Numbered from the stretch's first letter, positions 31,457-41,276 are shown. The stretch is DNA of 64,000 nt from Sumerlaeia bacterium (GCA_040219255.1 JAVJSW010000018.1:15054-79053); one strand, 5' to 3'. Translations and numbers: made by a program. Notes: a model not told the origin generated them from the sequence alone.

Positions 31457-31557
31457 GCCCGCCCTCGCCGAATGGGCGAACGGCAGAAACCCGGAAGCGG
31501 AGCCCTCGATGACAGCATCGGCGGCTCCGCTTCGGCGTTTTTGGGATCGCGAAGAAA

Positions 31558-33138
31558 TCAGGGGGTGGCGCGATCGCCCCGTACGAAGGCCCTCAGAGCG
31601 CTCGCGAATTCCGCCGGGTCGGCTCCCGGCTCGAAGCGGCCATGGACTTCTCCCGCGCTGTCGATCAGCAGCAGTTCGGCCCTGGTCACGCCGAATTTCC
31701 CCGCCAGCAGGTTCCGCCCGTCGGGCCGCACCACGATGCGCACCACGTCGCGCGCCAGAGCCTCGACGGCTCCGTCCGCGTAAAGGCGCTCCACCGCCTC
31801 GCGCGTGGCGGGCTGGCGATCGTCGAAAATCACCAGCGCCGGGTTCTTCCACGGCATCGAATTCGGAGTCATCACCGCCACCTGAAAGTGCCCCGGCCAA
31901 TCCCCGGCTGGCACCAGCCAGGCGTTTCCACTGCCGAGCGGCTCGGGAGTGGCTGTCGGTGTGGCGGTGTTGTGGGTCTCTTCCTCTGGCAGGATGAACT
32001 GTGCGGGCATTTCCGGCTGGGAGGCCGGCGAGTCCGCCGCCGGGGGCGGCACGGCGGCGGCTACCTCCGCGTTCTTCTCCTCGGCCGACGACTCGCCCTT
32101 CAGCACGATCGGCATCAGCACGAAGCCCCCCACCGGCAGAATCACCAAGGCCGCCATCGCGGCCACCATCAGCTTGCGCGAGTTGCCCGTTTTCCTCATC
32201 CTCATGGCCGCCCCCGAGGCCGCGGACGGCAGGGACACTTCGTCACAAGACGGATTCGTCGGCGAGTCCTCGATGCAGTGCAACTGGAGGAACTCCTCGT
32301 AGAACTCCGAGATGTGGCCGTGGCGGCGTTCCGGGTCGGCCGCCATCGCCCGCCGTAGACAGGGGCGCAGACTTCGCGGCTCGTCCGGATCTTCCGGTAG
32401 CCGGTCCCAGTTCGGCCCGCCCTTTCGCCCGAAATGAAGAGCCGCGAAAAGCGCCCCCAGCGAATAAACCTCCGAACGCTCTGTCAGCGGCCCTCCCGCC
32501 AGCACCTCCGGCGCGCAGAAAAACTTCTGCTCGTCCAGCACCGGCGGAGCCAACTGTCCGTATTCCTGCACCAACTGGGGGAATCCGTAGCCCGAACAGA
32601 TGATCGCCTCGTTGGCCGTGAAGAAAAACGTGCTGGGGCTGATGTTGCCATGGAGCAGGCCTTCGGAGCGCAGGACCGTGAGGGCCTCGGCGACCTGGCC
32701 GTAAATCTTGATCTTGTCCTTGGGCAGAAAGTGATCGCTCTCGATGCCGATGGAAAGTGCGAAGCCATCGACCGGCGGTTCAGCCACATAGAAGAAATCT
32801 CCTGTACGGCCCGCTTCCCGCACGGCCAGCAGGCTGGGATGGGAGAGTGTTCTCAGCCGCGCCGCCAGGGCCTCGAAGGCCTCGCCAAAGGCCCCATCCC
32901 GCGCCACGAACTCCTGGCGCAGCAGCTTGAGGAAAACCGGTTGGCCAGTGGGTCCGTGCACCGCCTTGAACTTGCGGAAGAACCGGTCGGGCCGCGACTC
33001 GGACTCGAGTCTGTAATCGCCCAGCGTGTCGCCGGGGCGCGGCGCGACGCCCGCCCCGGAAGGCGCCGGGCCGGAGTCGCCGTCGGACACCGGAGTGCCG
33101 GCTCGGCGATTTTGTTCACGGGAAGAAGAAAGGTCCAT
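31558..33138 (-). CDS. Membrane Ser/Thr pseudokinase with extracytoplasmic thioredoxin-like domain
   Basis: LGDYRL, VFLKLL, LSHPSLL, LLHGNISP, CAPEV, SEVYSLG, AMAADPERR; TM helix; Pro/Thr linker. Confidence 0.82.
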   Translation of the reverse strand: MDLSSSREQNRRAGTPVSDGDSGPAPSGAGVAPRPGDTLGDYRLESESRPDRFFRKFKAVHGPTGQPVFLKLLRQEFVARDGAFGEAFEALAARLRTLSHPSLLAVREAGRTGDFFYVAEPPVDGFALSIGIESDHFLPKDKIKIYGQVAEALTVLRSEGLLHGNISPSTFFFTANEAIICSGYGFPQLVQEYGQLAPPVLDEQKFFCAPEVLAGGPLTERSEVYSLGALFAALHFGRKGGPNWDRLPEDPDEPRSLRPCLRRAMAADPERRHGHISEFYEEFLQLHCIEDSPTNPSCDEVSLPSAASGAAMRMRKTGNSRKLMVAAMAALVILPVGGFVLMPIVLKGESSAEEKNAEVAAAVPPPAADSPASQPEMPAQFILPEEETHNTATPTATPEPLGSGNAWLVPAGDWPGHFQVAVMTPNSMPWKNPALVIFDDRQPATREAVERLYADGAVEALARDVVRIVVRPDGRNLLAGKFGVTRAELLLIDSAGEVHGRFEPGADPAEFASALRAFVRGDRATP

Positions 33139-33600
33139 AGACAGGCAGGCGAACGGAGAGGAAACCGGGTTTTGAGGGAAATCCAGACTTCCCTGCCGCT
33201 CGGGGCTGATCCTTGTTTTGGTCTCGTGCCAATGCCCTGCGAGGAAAGGAGAAAGCGGATCGCATTGCAACCATTTTCATAGATTTCTGCCGTCCAAAGT
33301 CGATCCCGATTTTGCTCCCCCGCCCAATGGCCCCACCCCCTCCCGAATTCCAGGCCGGAAGGCGGGTGGACCAGGAATCCCCGGCGCGCCGGGTCGCGGC
33401 CGTACCCCTGTGCCAACGACCGTTGGACCGGTCCGGAGACCGGGCGGTCCGATTGTCCAGGCCGCTCCCCGTTCCCGCCGGTGCCTCAAGCGGCTCCTGA
33501 AACCTCCTCGAACACCGGGTGTCGATGCTGCCGGCTTCGCCTTGCGAGGGGTCGAATCGGGGCGGGTTCAGGGAGAAAGAAGTTTTGGAACATTCCGCCC

Positions 33601-33629
33601 TTGACAAGGCGGAGGCCTTGCGCATCAAT
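33601..33629 (+). promoter_or_regulatory. Candidate sigma70 promoter of the infC-rpmI-rplT operon
   Basis: Perfect TTGACA; weak -10 (ATCAAT at 17 nt). Confidence 0.45.
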
Positions 33630-33679
33630 CGGGCCCGCTTTCGGAAGAGGAAGCGGCCCGCCGTAGCGGGTTCTGTTTG

Positions 33680-33873
33680 AAGTAGAAGCCTCTCCGCTTC
33701 TCACCCTTAGCGCCCCCAAGGGGCTGCGACCGGGTTCGCGACAAGTCCGGCCATCGGTCCGGATGTCATTTGCGGCCAATGCCTGAAGGAACGTGCTCGA
33801 ACGCGCGCTCTTTCTTGTGTTTTGCGTGCGGAGGGGTCTGCTGTCGAGCAGCCTCTCCGCACATTTCGTTTTT
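33680..33873 (+). ncRNA. Ribosomal protein L20 leader (attenuator)
   Basis: AAGTAGAAGCCTCTCCGCTTCTCACC resembles the L20 leader 5' core; hairpin GTGCGGAGGGG...CCTCTCCGCAC plus T-rich tail; upstream CCTCTCCGC can pair alternatively; lies before infC. Confidence 0.8.
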
Positions 33874-33930
33874 AGCTTTCCGGCGCCACCCCTGTGCGGC
33901 GCGAAGCGATCCATACGGAGGAAACCACCC

Positions 33931-34539
33931 ATTCGTCCTGACGCACGTACGAACCGGCAAATTCGCGCCCGCGAGGTGATGCTGATCCTGAGCGACGGCA
34001 CCAAGATGGGCGTCGTCCCCATCGAGGAAGCGCTCCAGCGCGCCCAAGAAGCTTCCCTGGACCTGGTCGAGGTGGCCGCGCCCCCCAACCAACCCCCCGT
34101 CTGCCGCCTGGAGGACTTCAAGAAAGTCCTCTATGAACAGAAACGCAAGCTGAAGCAGGGCAAGAAAAAGGCGAAGACGGAGCTGAAGGAAGTGAAAATG
34201 CGGGTGATTATCGACCCTCACGATCGCGGAACGAAGCTGAACAAGGCCCGCAAATTCCTGGAGAAGGGCGACAAAGTGAAGTTCACCCTCCAGTTCCGCG
34301 GCCGCGAAGTCACCAAGCCGCAACTCGGCGAGTCCCTGGTCAAGTCGATCCTCCAGGATCTGGAAGACATCGCGGAGGTGGAATTGCCCGCCCGCCGCGC
34401 CGACCGCTTCATCCACATGGTGGTGGCCCGCCGCAAGGATTGGAAGCCCCCGAAGGAAGAAAAGGGCAAGGACGAGAAAGCCACCGACGCCGAGCCGGGC
34501 CCGCCCAAGGAACCCAAGGAAGCGCAAACGCCGGGTTGA
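33931..34539 (+). CDS. infC: Translation initiation factor IF-3, non-canonical ATT start
   Basis: GGAGG at 33917-33921, in-frame ATT at 33931; NRQIRAREV, LDLVEVA, PPVCR, KEVKMR, GDKVK, FRGRE. Confidence 0.95.
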   Translation: MRPDARTNRQIRAREVMLILSDGTKMGVVPIEEALQRAQEASLDLVEVAAPPNQPPVCRLEDFKKVLYEQKRKLKQGKKKAKTELKEVKMRVIIDPHDRGTKLNKARKFLEKGDKVKFTLQFRGREVTKPQLGESLVKSILQDLEDIAEVELPARRADRFIHMVVARRKDWKPPKEEKGKDEKATDAEPGPPKEPKEAQTPG

Positions 34540-34563
34540 TCGGAAAGTTCCAGAAGGAACATC

Positions 34564-34611
34564 CAAGATCCGGAGCGCTCAAGATCCGGAGCACCCAAGA
34601 GCCGGAGCATT
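34564..34611 (+). repeat. 3x 16-bp tandem repeat between infC and rpmI
   Basis: CAAGATCCGGAGCGCT / CAAGATCCGGAGCACC / CAAGAGCCGGAGCATT. Confidence 0.85.
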
Positions 34612-34720
34612 CAGGGCCGTGGCGAATCGCCTCGGCCTCTTTTTCCGGCCACCGAATTTGAAACCGACTAATCTCGGGCCGTCCTAACCTGTCCGCGCCC
34701 GAGGGGGAGAGAAACCAACC

Positions 34721-34912
34721 ATGCCGAAAATGAAGACCCGCAGAGCCGCCGCCAAGCGCGTCAAGCTCACCGCCTCAGGCAAAGTGAAGCACAAGAAGCG
34801 CAACCTCCGCCACATCCTGACGAAGAAGACCGCGAAGCGTAAGCGCCAACTGCGCAAGCACGACACGCTGCATCCGATCGAGGCCAAGAAGATCAAGCAA
34901 ATGCTGCACTAA
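34721..34912 (+). CDS. rpmI: 50S ribosomal protein L35
   Basis: [13 protein letters not shown]...[15 protein letters not shown]. Confidence 0.98.
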   Translation: MPKMKTRRAAAKRVKLTASGKVKHKKRNLRHILTKKTAKRKRQLRKHDTLHPIEAKKIKQMLH

Positions 34913-34986
34913 GCGGCGCTCCCCCGGCCCTCCCGTCAACCGATCCAACACCCCGAGACGAACGCCAAGACAAGAGGTAACGCCCC

Positions 34987-35388
34987 ATGGCTCGTGTAAA
35001 AAATAGCGTCGCAACCCGCGCACGCCGCAAGAAAGTCCTCAAGGCCGCGCGTGGCGCCTACAGCGGACGGCACCGCTTATTCAAGAACGCCAAGGAAACG
35101 GTCAAGCGTGGTCTCGTCTACGCCTATCGCGACCGCAAGGCCAAGAAGCGCGAGTTCCGCCGCCTCTGGATCGCCCGCATCAACGCCTCCTGCCGCGCCA
35201 ATGGCATCAGCTATTCCCGCATGATGAACGGCCTGCACATCGCCGGAATCGACATCGACCGCAAGATGCTCAGCGAGGTCGCCATCCACGATCCCGCCGC
35301 GTTCACCCAGCTCGTCGAGGAAGCCCGCAAGGCCCTGGAAACCCAGTCGCCTGACAAGACCGCTTCCCGCGACGTGGCCCTGATCTAA
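34987..35388 (+). CDS. rplT: 50S ribosomal protein L20
   Basis: [35 protein letters not shown]. Confidence 0.98.
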   Translation: MARVKNSVATRARRKKVLKAARGAYSGRHRLFKNAKETVKRGLVYAYRDRKAKKREFRRLWIARINASCRANGISYSRMMNGLHIAGIDIDRKMLSEVAIHDPAAFTQLVEEARKALETQSPDKTASRDVALI

Positions 35389-35400
35389 TCACGCCCGCAT

Positions 35401-35449
35401 CCAGGCATCCCCGAATCCAGGCGGCATCCCCGCATCGAGGCATCCCCCG
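35401..35449 (+). repeat. 3x degenerate short repeat, core GGCATCCCC(C)G
   Basis: Copies at 35404, 35423 and 35439. Confidence 0.7.
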
Positions 35450-35450
35450 T

Positions 35451-35500
35451 AACCGGCCAGCCCCCCGCCCCAAAGCGCGGTCTGGCCGGTTTTCCTTTTT
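35451..35500 (+). terminator. Terminator after rplT
   Basis: AACCGGCCAG...CTGGCCGGTT stem followed by a T-rich tract. Confidence 0.8.
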
Positions 35501-35608
35501 TACCCCGCCCCACCGCAGAGATTCTCATTCCCCCGCCCTCTCCAAGTCCGCTCTGATAGGTCCCACTTCGCGCCAGAAAGGCCCTCTGCCGTTCCCCTTG
35601 GATCGCCC

Positions 35609-36523
35609 ATGACCCCGCCTCGACCCTCCACCGACGCCGCTCCCCAGACCTGCCTTCCGCCTTACGCGCCGGCGGGCGTGCTGGTTATCGCCGGCGTCGG
35701 ATTGCTCGGCGGATCGCTCGGCCTCGCGGCCAAGGAACTCGGCCTCGTCCGCCATGTGATCGGCGTCGGCCGACGCTCCGGCGACCTGGAAGAGGCCCGC
35801 CGCGCCGGGGTTATCGACGAAGCCACCACCGAACTCCTGCCCGCCATCGCCCGCGCCGATATCGCCATCCTCTGCCAGCCCGTCGAAATCATCCAGCGCT
35901 GCCTCCCTGAGGTCCTCGATGCCGCCCGCGAAGACGTCCTCTTCCTCACCGACGTCGGCAGCACCAAGGGTCGCCTCGTCGCCGCCGCCGAAGCCCATCC
36001 CCGGTCCCGCCTCTTCGTCGGCAGCCACCCCATGGCCGGCAGCGACAAAACCGGTTGGCGCCACGCGCGGGCCGATCTGTTCGCCGGGGCCACCTGCTAT
36101 GTGACGGCGACGGACCGCAGCGATCTGGTGCGCTGCGCCCGCGCCAGCGCCTTCTGGCGGGCCCTCTCCATGCGCACCGTGCTCGCCGCCCCGGACCGCC
36201 ACGATCAACTCGCCGCCCTGCTGTCCCACATGCCCCACATGGCCGCCGTGGCCGTTATCGAAGGCCTCGCCGCCAGCCACGAAGATCTCTCCCTCCTGCG
36301 CCTCGTCTCCGGCAGTGGCTTGCGCGACACAACCCGTGTGGCCGGCGGCGGCCCCGACCTGTGGACCGACATCTGCGCCCACAACGCTGACGCCATCGCC
36401 GAAGAACTCGATGCCCTCGCCGAACGCCTTCAGGGCCTCGCCCGCCTCGTCCGCAAAGGCCACCACGAGGAACTGCGCGCCCGCCTCGCGACCGCTCGCG
36501 ACACACGACTCAGTCTGGATTGA
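35609..36523 (+). CDS. tyrA: Prephenate/arogenate dehydrogenase
   Basis: GVGLLGGS, TDVGSTK, GSHPMAG, HD...SHMPH, GLRDTTRVA. Confidence 0.93.
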   Translation: MTPPRPSTDAAPQTCLPPYAPAGVLVIAGVGLLGGSLGLAAKELGLVRHVIGVGRRSGDLEEARRAGVIDEATTELLPAIARADIAILCQPVEIIQRCLPEVLDAAREDVLFLTDVGSTKGRLVAAAEAHPRSRLFVGSHPMAGSDKTGWRHARADLFAGATCYVTATDRSDLVRCARASAFWRALSMRTVLAAPDRHDQLAALLSHMPHMAAVAVIEGLAASHEDLSLLRLVSGSGLRDTTRVAGGGPDLWTDICAHNADAIAEELDALAERLQGLARLVRKGHHEELRARLATARDTRLSLD

Positions 36524-36594
36524 ACGGCCAAGAGCGGGGGTTTGCCGGACGAATTCCATGCCCCCGCGTCCGGGCCCCTCGCCCGGTGGGCGCC

Positions 36595-37359
36595 CTAATA
36601 CCCCATGCCGCCGTCGATGCTGGTGATCGAGCCGCTGATGAAATCGGCTTCCGGCGAGGCCAGGAAAATCGCCAGCCGGGCCACTTCCTCCGGCGCGCCC
36701 AGGCGGCCGAAGGGCACCATCTGCTGCATCGATTGGCGGGCCTCCTCGCGGTCCTTGTCGGTCGCCAGGGGCTCGAAAAGGCCCTTCGTATCCGTCGGCC
36801 CCGGGGCGATCGCGTTCACGCGGATCGGCGCCAGCTCCTTCGCCTGCACCTTGGTGAAGGTGTTCACGGCGGCCTTGCTGGCCTCGAATGCGCCCATGCC
36901 CGGGTCGAATCGCGTCCCGGCGATGGAGGATATATTGATGATGTTGGCGCCGCTACGGCCCTGCATCAGGGGCAGCGCGTGTCTCGTGACGAGCCACACC
37001 GAGCGCACGTTCGTGTCGAGCACCTCGTCGAATTCGTCGGCGTCCATTTCATGGAGCTTCCCTGTCCGGTAAACCCCCGCGTTATTGACCAAAACATCCA
37101 AACCCCGCCCCGCGGCGTCGATGCGTGCCATGATCTTCTCAACGTCGGAGGCATAGCGCACGTCGCCGGTGAGGATCTCGCAGTGACCGGCGGCTTCCGC
37201 GATCAAGTGCTGGGTTTCCTTGAGATGTGCTTCGTTCCGGCCCGCGCAGAACAGATGCCCGCCGCGCCGCGCCATCGCCACCGCGATGGCCCTCCCGATT
37301 CCACTGCCGGCGCCAGTCACCAAAATGGTGCGTTGATCTAAGAATTTGGAATCGCTCAT
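36595..37359 (-). CDS. SDR family oxidoreductase (FxxxK in place of YxxxK)
   Basis: TGAGSGIG, NNAG, NISS, FEASK, RVNAIAPG, IDGG. Confidence 0.9.
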   Translation of the reverse strand: MSDSKFLDQRTILVTGAGSGIGRAIAVAMARRGGHLFCAGRNEAHLKETQHLIAEAAGHCEILTGDVRYASDVEKIMARIDAAGRGLDVLVNNAGVYRTGKLHEMDADEFDEVLDTNVRSVWLVTRHALPLMQGRSGANIINISSIAGTRFDPGMGAFEASKAAVNTFTKVQAKELAPIRVNAIAPGPTDTKGLFEPLATDKDREEARQSMQQMVPFGRLGAPEEVARLAIFLASPEADFISGSITSIDGGMGY

Positions 37360-37559
37360 GGATCGTCCTCCTGCGCTTCACCTTCGCGCAAGCAAACGCC
37401 GGGCACAAGCTCAGGCTTTGCGAAATCGAGGGGCGGAGAAGATGAATCTCAAGGTCACACGGGCGTCCCGCCCGCGACCAGCCACGCCCATCCCACGCCA
37501 GGAGGTCTTTCCTAAGACGAACGTTCGTAGAGCTTTGCAGAGCAGGGAAGATTGGCCGT

Positions 37560-40001
37560 TCACTTTGGCCGCCGCCAAGCCCACGCCACCATCCCCAGCC
37601 ACAGCGCCACCGCCCCGAGGCTGACGCCCCGGCCGGTGCGCCAGCCTGGGGGTTCGAAACGCAGTTCGATCACCTGATGGCCTCCGCCTTCCAGGCCGAC
37701 GCCCTGCATAATGCCCCAGGCGCGCTCGACCCGCTTCCATTCCGGGTCCTTGGCGCCGGGCAGGCGGTACTCCCAGCCGGGCCACCAGGTCTTGCGGATC
37801 ACGATCACGGCGTCGCCTTCGGCCCGCGCCCAGAGGCGCTTGTAATTGCCGCGGTCCTCGATGACGTCCACCTTGCCGCCCGAGAGAGGCTTGTACTCCT
37901 GCGGCAGGCGCTTGCGCGACGGGTTGTAGATCGGCACTGGCCGCTGGCGGATCTCCGGCTCGGTGCGCCAGAGAATTTCGCCCGCCCAGCCCGGATCGCC
38001 CAGCTCGTACCAATGCCCGGGGGCGTAGTCGTAGATCGGCCGGGCCTGTGTCAGTTCGACCAGCACGGTGCCGCTCTCGTGGCGCCGCACGACCCGGAAC
38101 CGGCCCGACGCGAGGTGCGCGTCGTAGTGCGCCCGACCCTCGGTTTTCATGGTGGTTTCCTGCACGACGATGTGGCTGACACCGTAGAGTTCCAGCGGCG
38201 CGGGATTTTCCAGGTACTTGGCGTCCAGCCAGCTATTGCCGGTGCTGCTCATGCGCATCGTGTTCATGAACTGGGCGAAGATCAGAGGCGTGTAGCCACC
38301 CAGAGCCGCTTCGTCGAGCAGCAGCCAGCCGTTGCCCTTGATCACATGCGGCCCCACGGCGCCCGGCCCATCCGGCATCAGGCTGTAGACGCGGGCGATG
38401 TCGTCTTCGTCCATGTCCTCAAGAAGCGGGTAGGCAGCGCGGTCGGTCCATTCCGTCAGGTCGCCGGGGTCGAAGATGCTGGCCTTGAGGAGGACTTTCC
38501 ATTCGGCCGCCATGAGAAGCAGAGCGAGTGCGCCGGCGAGCCACGGGAGTCTGCGCCCGAGCGGCAGCACCCCGAGCGCGAAGACGAGCGGCACGACGCC
38601 ATGGACCCAATCGCGGGGTTCGTCGCGGAAGAAGGTGGCGAGCACCTGCGCCGGTTCCCGCCCATCCAGCAGCGTCGTCCCCAACAGCAGAAACAGCCCG
38701 ATCGTCACCGCGCCCAGCACCACCCAGCCGCCGGCGAAGAGGAGACTCCGGCGCCACCAGGACAGGCGCATCAGCTCGTGCACGCCGTGCGCCGCCAGCA
38801 CCGACCCAAAGGCCAGCGCCAAAACCATGATGCGCGCCGGAATGCGGAACAGGCTGAAGGGTGGGACCTCGAACAGCGCGGCATAGAAGGGCAGGCCCTC
38901 GAGCCCGCCCGCCAGCGCCAGCGTCACCACCAGCCCGAGCAGCATGACTGCCCGGTGCCTCCACCGGGGCGACCGGCACCGGATCGCGAAGCCAAGCCCA
39001 ATGCCCACCACGGCCAGCGCCCAGATGGCGGCGCTGGTGGTGTTCCATTGCTCGCCAAACCAGGACGAGCCGAGCCACGCGTGGCTGGTGCGCAGGGCCC
39101 GGGGCCAGAAAAACGTGATCGCGTAGGCGGGGGGAAAGGGCGCCTCGGCCCACATCTCCAGCGTCAGCCATTGGCGCGGCGTCTGGTCCGCGTGCTCCAG
39201 CGTCGGCAGAATCTGCACCGCCAGCATCGCCATTCCGATCAAGCCGCCCACCGCCATCCAGACGGTGGCGCGGGTAAAGCGCCGGGCCCACACGGCGCGC
39301 CAGAAACCGGCGCTCTCGGGCAGCAGAGCGGGCCGTTTCCAGCGCATCCGGGCGAGCCATTCCAGCCCGACCCAGCCAACGGTGAACAGGACGATCTGCA
39401 TGTAGCCACAGGCGCCCTGCACCGCTAGGGCCGCCGCGAACGCCGCCGCCCGCCCGGGGCCCGGTTTCTTCGCCAGCCGCGCCGCCAGCCACGCCACCCA
39501 CGGCGCCACACAGGCGGCTTCCCGCATCGAAATATGCCCCGAGTGCATTATCAGAAAGGTGCTGCACCCATACCCCAACGACCCCACGAACGCCGCCAGC
39601 GGCACCAGCCGCCAATGCCTCAGGTACAGCGCCATCCCCACGAGCGCCAGGAACGTGTGGAGAACCTCGAGGATGTTGGCCGCCGTGATCGGCGGCGCCA
39701 CCAGGTACAACGCGTTAAGCGGATAGAGCACGCCCACGTAGGCCGTCGTGAACAGCGGCATGCCGCCGAAGACGCGGTCGGTCCAGAGGGGAAACTGACC
39801 GTCGAGAATCAGCCGGGCGGCCTCGGCGCGCCAGGGCACGTACTCCGCCATGCGCTCGTCCCAGAGGATGTCGCCGGTGAACACCTGCGGGGTCTGGAAC
39901 AGCGACAGCGCCAGGAAGGCCAAAAGCATCAGCGGCCAGACCCAGCGGGGCGGGCGGATTAGGCCAAGGGAAGGCGGGGGGTCTTCGTTATCAGGAGTCA
40001 A
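37560..40001 (-). CDS. YfhO-like polytopic membrane protein (GT-C glycosyltransferase-like)
   Basis: GQFPLW..VFGGMP, LYPL, AVQILP, FRIPAR, WWPGW, C-terminal IELRFEP plus TM. Confidence 0.8.
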   Translation of the reverse strand: MTPDNEDPPPSLGLIRPPRWVWPLMLLAFLALSLFQTPQVFTGDILWDERMAEYVPWRAEAARLILDGQFPLWTDRVFGGMPLFTTAYVGVLYPLNALYLVAPPITAANILEVLHTFLALVGMALYLRHWRLVPLAAFVGSLGYGCSTFLIMHSGHISMREAACVAPWVAWLAARLAKKPGPGRAAAFAAALAVQGACGYMQIVLFTVGWVGLEWLARMRWKRPALLPESAGFWRAVWARRFTRATVWMAVGGLIGMAMLAVQILPTLEHADQTPRQWLTLEMWAEAPFPPAYAITFFWPRALRTSHAWLGSSWFGEQWNTTSAAIWALAVVGIGLGFAIRCRSPRWRHRAVMLLGLVVTLALAGGLEGLPFYAALFEVPPFSLFRIPARIMVLALAFGSVLAAHGVHELMRLSWWRRSLLFAGGWVVLGAVTIGLFLLLGTTLLDGREPAQVLATFFRDEPRDWVHGVVPLVFALGVLPLGRRLPWLAGALALLLMAAEWKVLLKASIFDPGDLTEWTDRAAYPLLEDMDEDDIARVYSLMPDGPGAVGPHVIKGNGWLLLDEAALGGYTPLIFAQFMNTMRMSSTGNSWLDAKYLENPAPLELYGVSHIVVQETTMKTEGRAHYDAHLASGRFRVVRRHESGTVLVELTQARPIYDYAPGHWYELGDPGWAGEILWRTEPEIRQRPVPIYNPSRKRLPQEYKPLSGGKVDVIEDRGNYKRLWARAEGDAVIVIRKTWWPGWEYRLPGAKDPEWKRVERAWGIMQGVGLEGGGHQVIELRFEPPGWRTGRGVSLGAVALWLGMVAWAWRRPK

Positions 40002-40755
40002 GCGCCCCCTCCATCCACCGCACGAACCGCGACAGCAGCAGCGTCAGCACGAGGTACACGAGCGCCAGCGCGAAGTAGGTGGTAAAGTAATCGAACGTTC
40101 GCCCGGCGTACTCGTACCCGGCTTTCGTCAGGTCGCGCAGGGCGATGATCATGACGATGGAGGAGTCCTTGAGCAGGGCGATGAATTCGTTGCCGACAGC
40201 GGGCATGATGGTGCGAAACGCGCGCGGCCCGGTGATGTGAATAAAACGCGGCAGGGGCGCGGCGTCCAGGCTGGCGGCCTCGATTTCCTCCTGCGGAATG
40301 GCTTCGATGCCGGCGCGGATCGCTTCGCCGATAAAGGCCCCGTAAGCCAGGCTGAAGCAAAGCACCGCGGCGGCGAAGGGATCGAGTTTCCACCCCATCG
40401 GCAAGAACTGATTCAGGCCATAGTAGCTCATGAACAGCAGCACCAGGATCGGAAGGCCCCGGATGGACTCGATGTAAACGGACCCGGCGATGTTGATGGC
40501 CGGATGGCGCGATGTGCGGGCCGTCCCCGCGATCGTCCCCAGCACCAGCGCCCCCGCGAGCGACGCGAAAACCAACTGCACCGTGGTCAGGAAGCCGAAG
40601 GAGAACAGGTACTTGAAAGCGGGGAGGAACTGGTCCGGATCGCTGATCGTCAGCAGGGCGGCGGTGATCAGCGCGCCCGCCAAGGCGATGCGCCAGGCCC
40701 ATTCGGACTGGCGCCCTCGGCGCGACTGGGGTGTGTGAACGGAGGCGGCGACCAT
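39991..40755 (-). CDS. Polar amino acid ABC transporter permease (HisM/GlnP type)
   Basis: YIESIRGLP, GEAIRAGI, EAA, NEFIALLKDSS. Confidence 0.9.
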   Translation of the reverse strand: MVAASVHTPQSRRGRQSEWAWRIALAGALITAALLTISDPDQFLPAFKYLFSFGFLTTVQLVFASLAGALVLGTIAGTARTSRHPAINIAGSVYIESIRGLPILVLLFMSYYGLNQFLPMGWKLDPFAAAVLCFSLAYGAFIGEAIRAGIEAIPQEEIEAASLDAAPLPRFIHITGPRAFRTIMPAVGNEFIALLKDSSIVMIIALRDLTKAGYEYAGRTFDYFTTYFALALVYLVLTLLLSRFVRWMEGALDS

Positions 40756-40899
40756 AACTGGCTCAGCCACGCACGGCGGCGCGCCCCGCCGCAAGAGGGG
40801 GTTTCAGCGGCAAGGGATCGAGCGGCGCCGCCGTGATTCTTCAACGCACCATCTCTGTGGTGACGGAGCGCGCGGGGTCGATTCCCTCGCCCAATGGCC

Positions 40900-40928
40900 T
40901 TGACAGGCGGTGGCTCGCTCCTTACCGT
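40900..40928 (+). promoter_or_regulatory. sigma70 promoter of rpsT
   Basis: TTGACA-17 nt-TACCGT. Confidence 0.7.
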
Positions 40929-40994
40929 TCGCGGTCCCTTCGGGCGGAGCCTGTGTCTACCGCCCGCACCATAGACACTGGAGTCCAACCGACC

Positions 40995-41276
40995 GTGCCG
41001 AATAAGAAGTCCGCCATCAAGCGAGTCCGCCAGAGCGAGAAGCGCCGTGCGCGCAACCGCTCGCGCCGCAGCGAAATGCGCACCTGGATCAAGAAGGTCC
41101 ACGCCGCCGCTGAGGAAGGCAATATCGAAGCCGCCGAGGCCAATCTGCGCGAGGCGCAGAGCCAAATCCTCACCGCCGCCAAGGGCCCCGTCATCAAGAA
41201 GCACACCGCCTCCCGCACTATCTCCCGCCTGGCCGCCGTCGTGAACAAGGCCAAAGCGGCAACCGCCGCTTCCTAA
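40995..41276 (+). CDS. rpsT: 30S ribosomal protein S20 (GTG start)
   Basis: PNKKSAIKRVRQSEKRRARNR...KHTASRTISRLA; GGAG RBS. Confidence 0.96.
   Translation: MPNKKSAIKRVRQSEKRRARNRSRRSEMRTWIKKVHAAAEEGNIEAAEANLREAQSQILTAAKGPVIKKHTASRTISRLAAVVNKAKAATAAS

Noticed and set aside
33793-33930. N-terminal extension of IF-3 in the ORF track
   Set aside because: Overlaps the leader terminator; RBS and in-frame ATT at 33931 give a normal IF-3 N-terminus.
34564-34611. Possible mini-CRISPR
   Set aside because: 16-bp units are contiguous with no spacers and no cas genes; simple tandem repeat.
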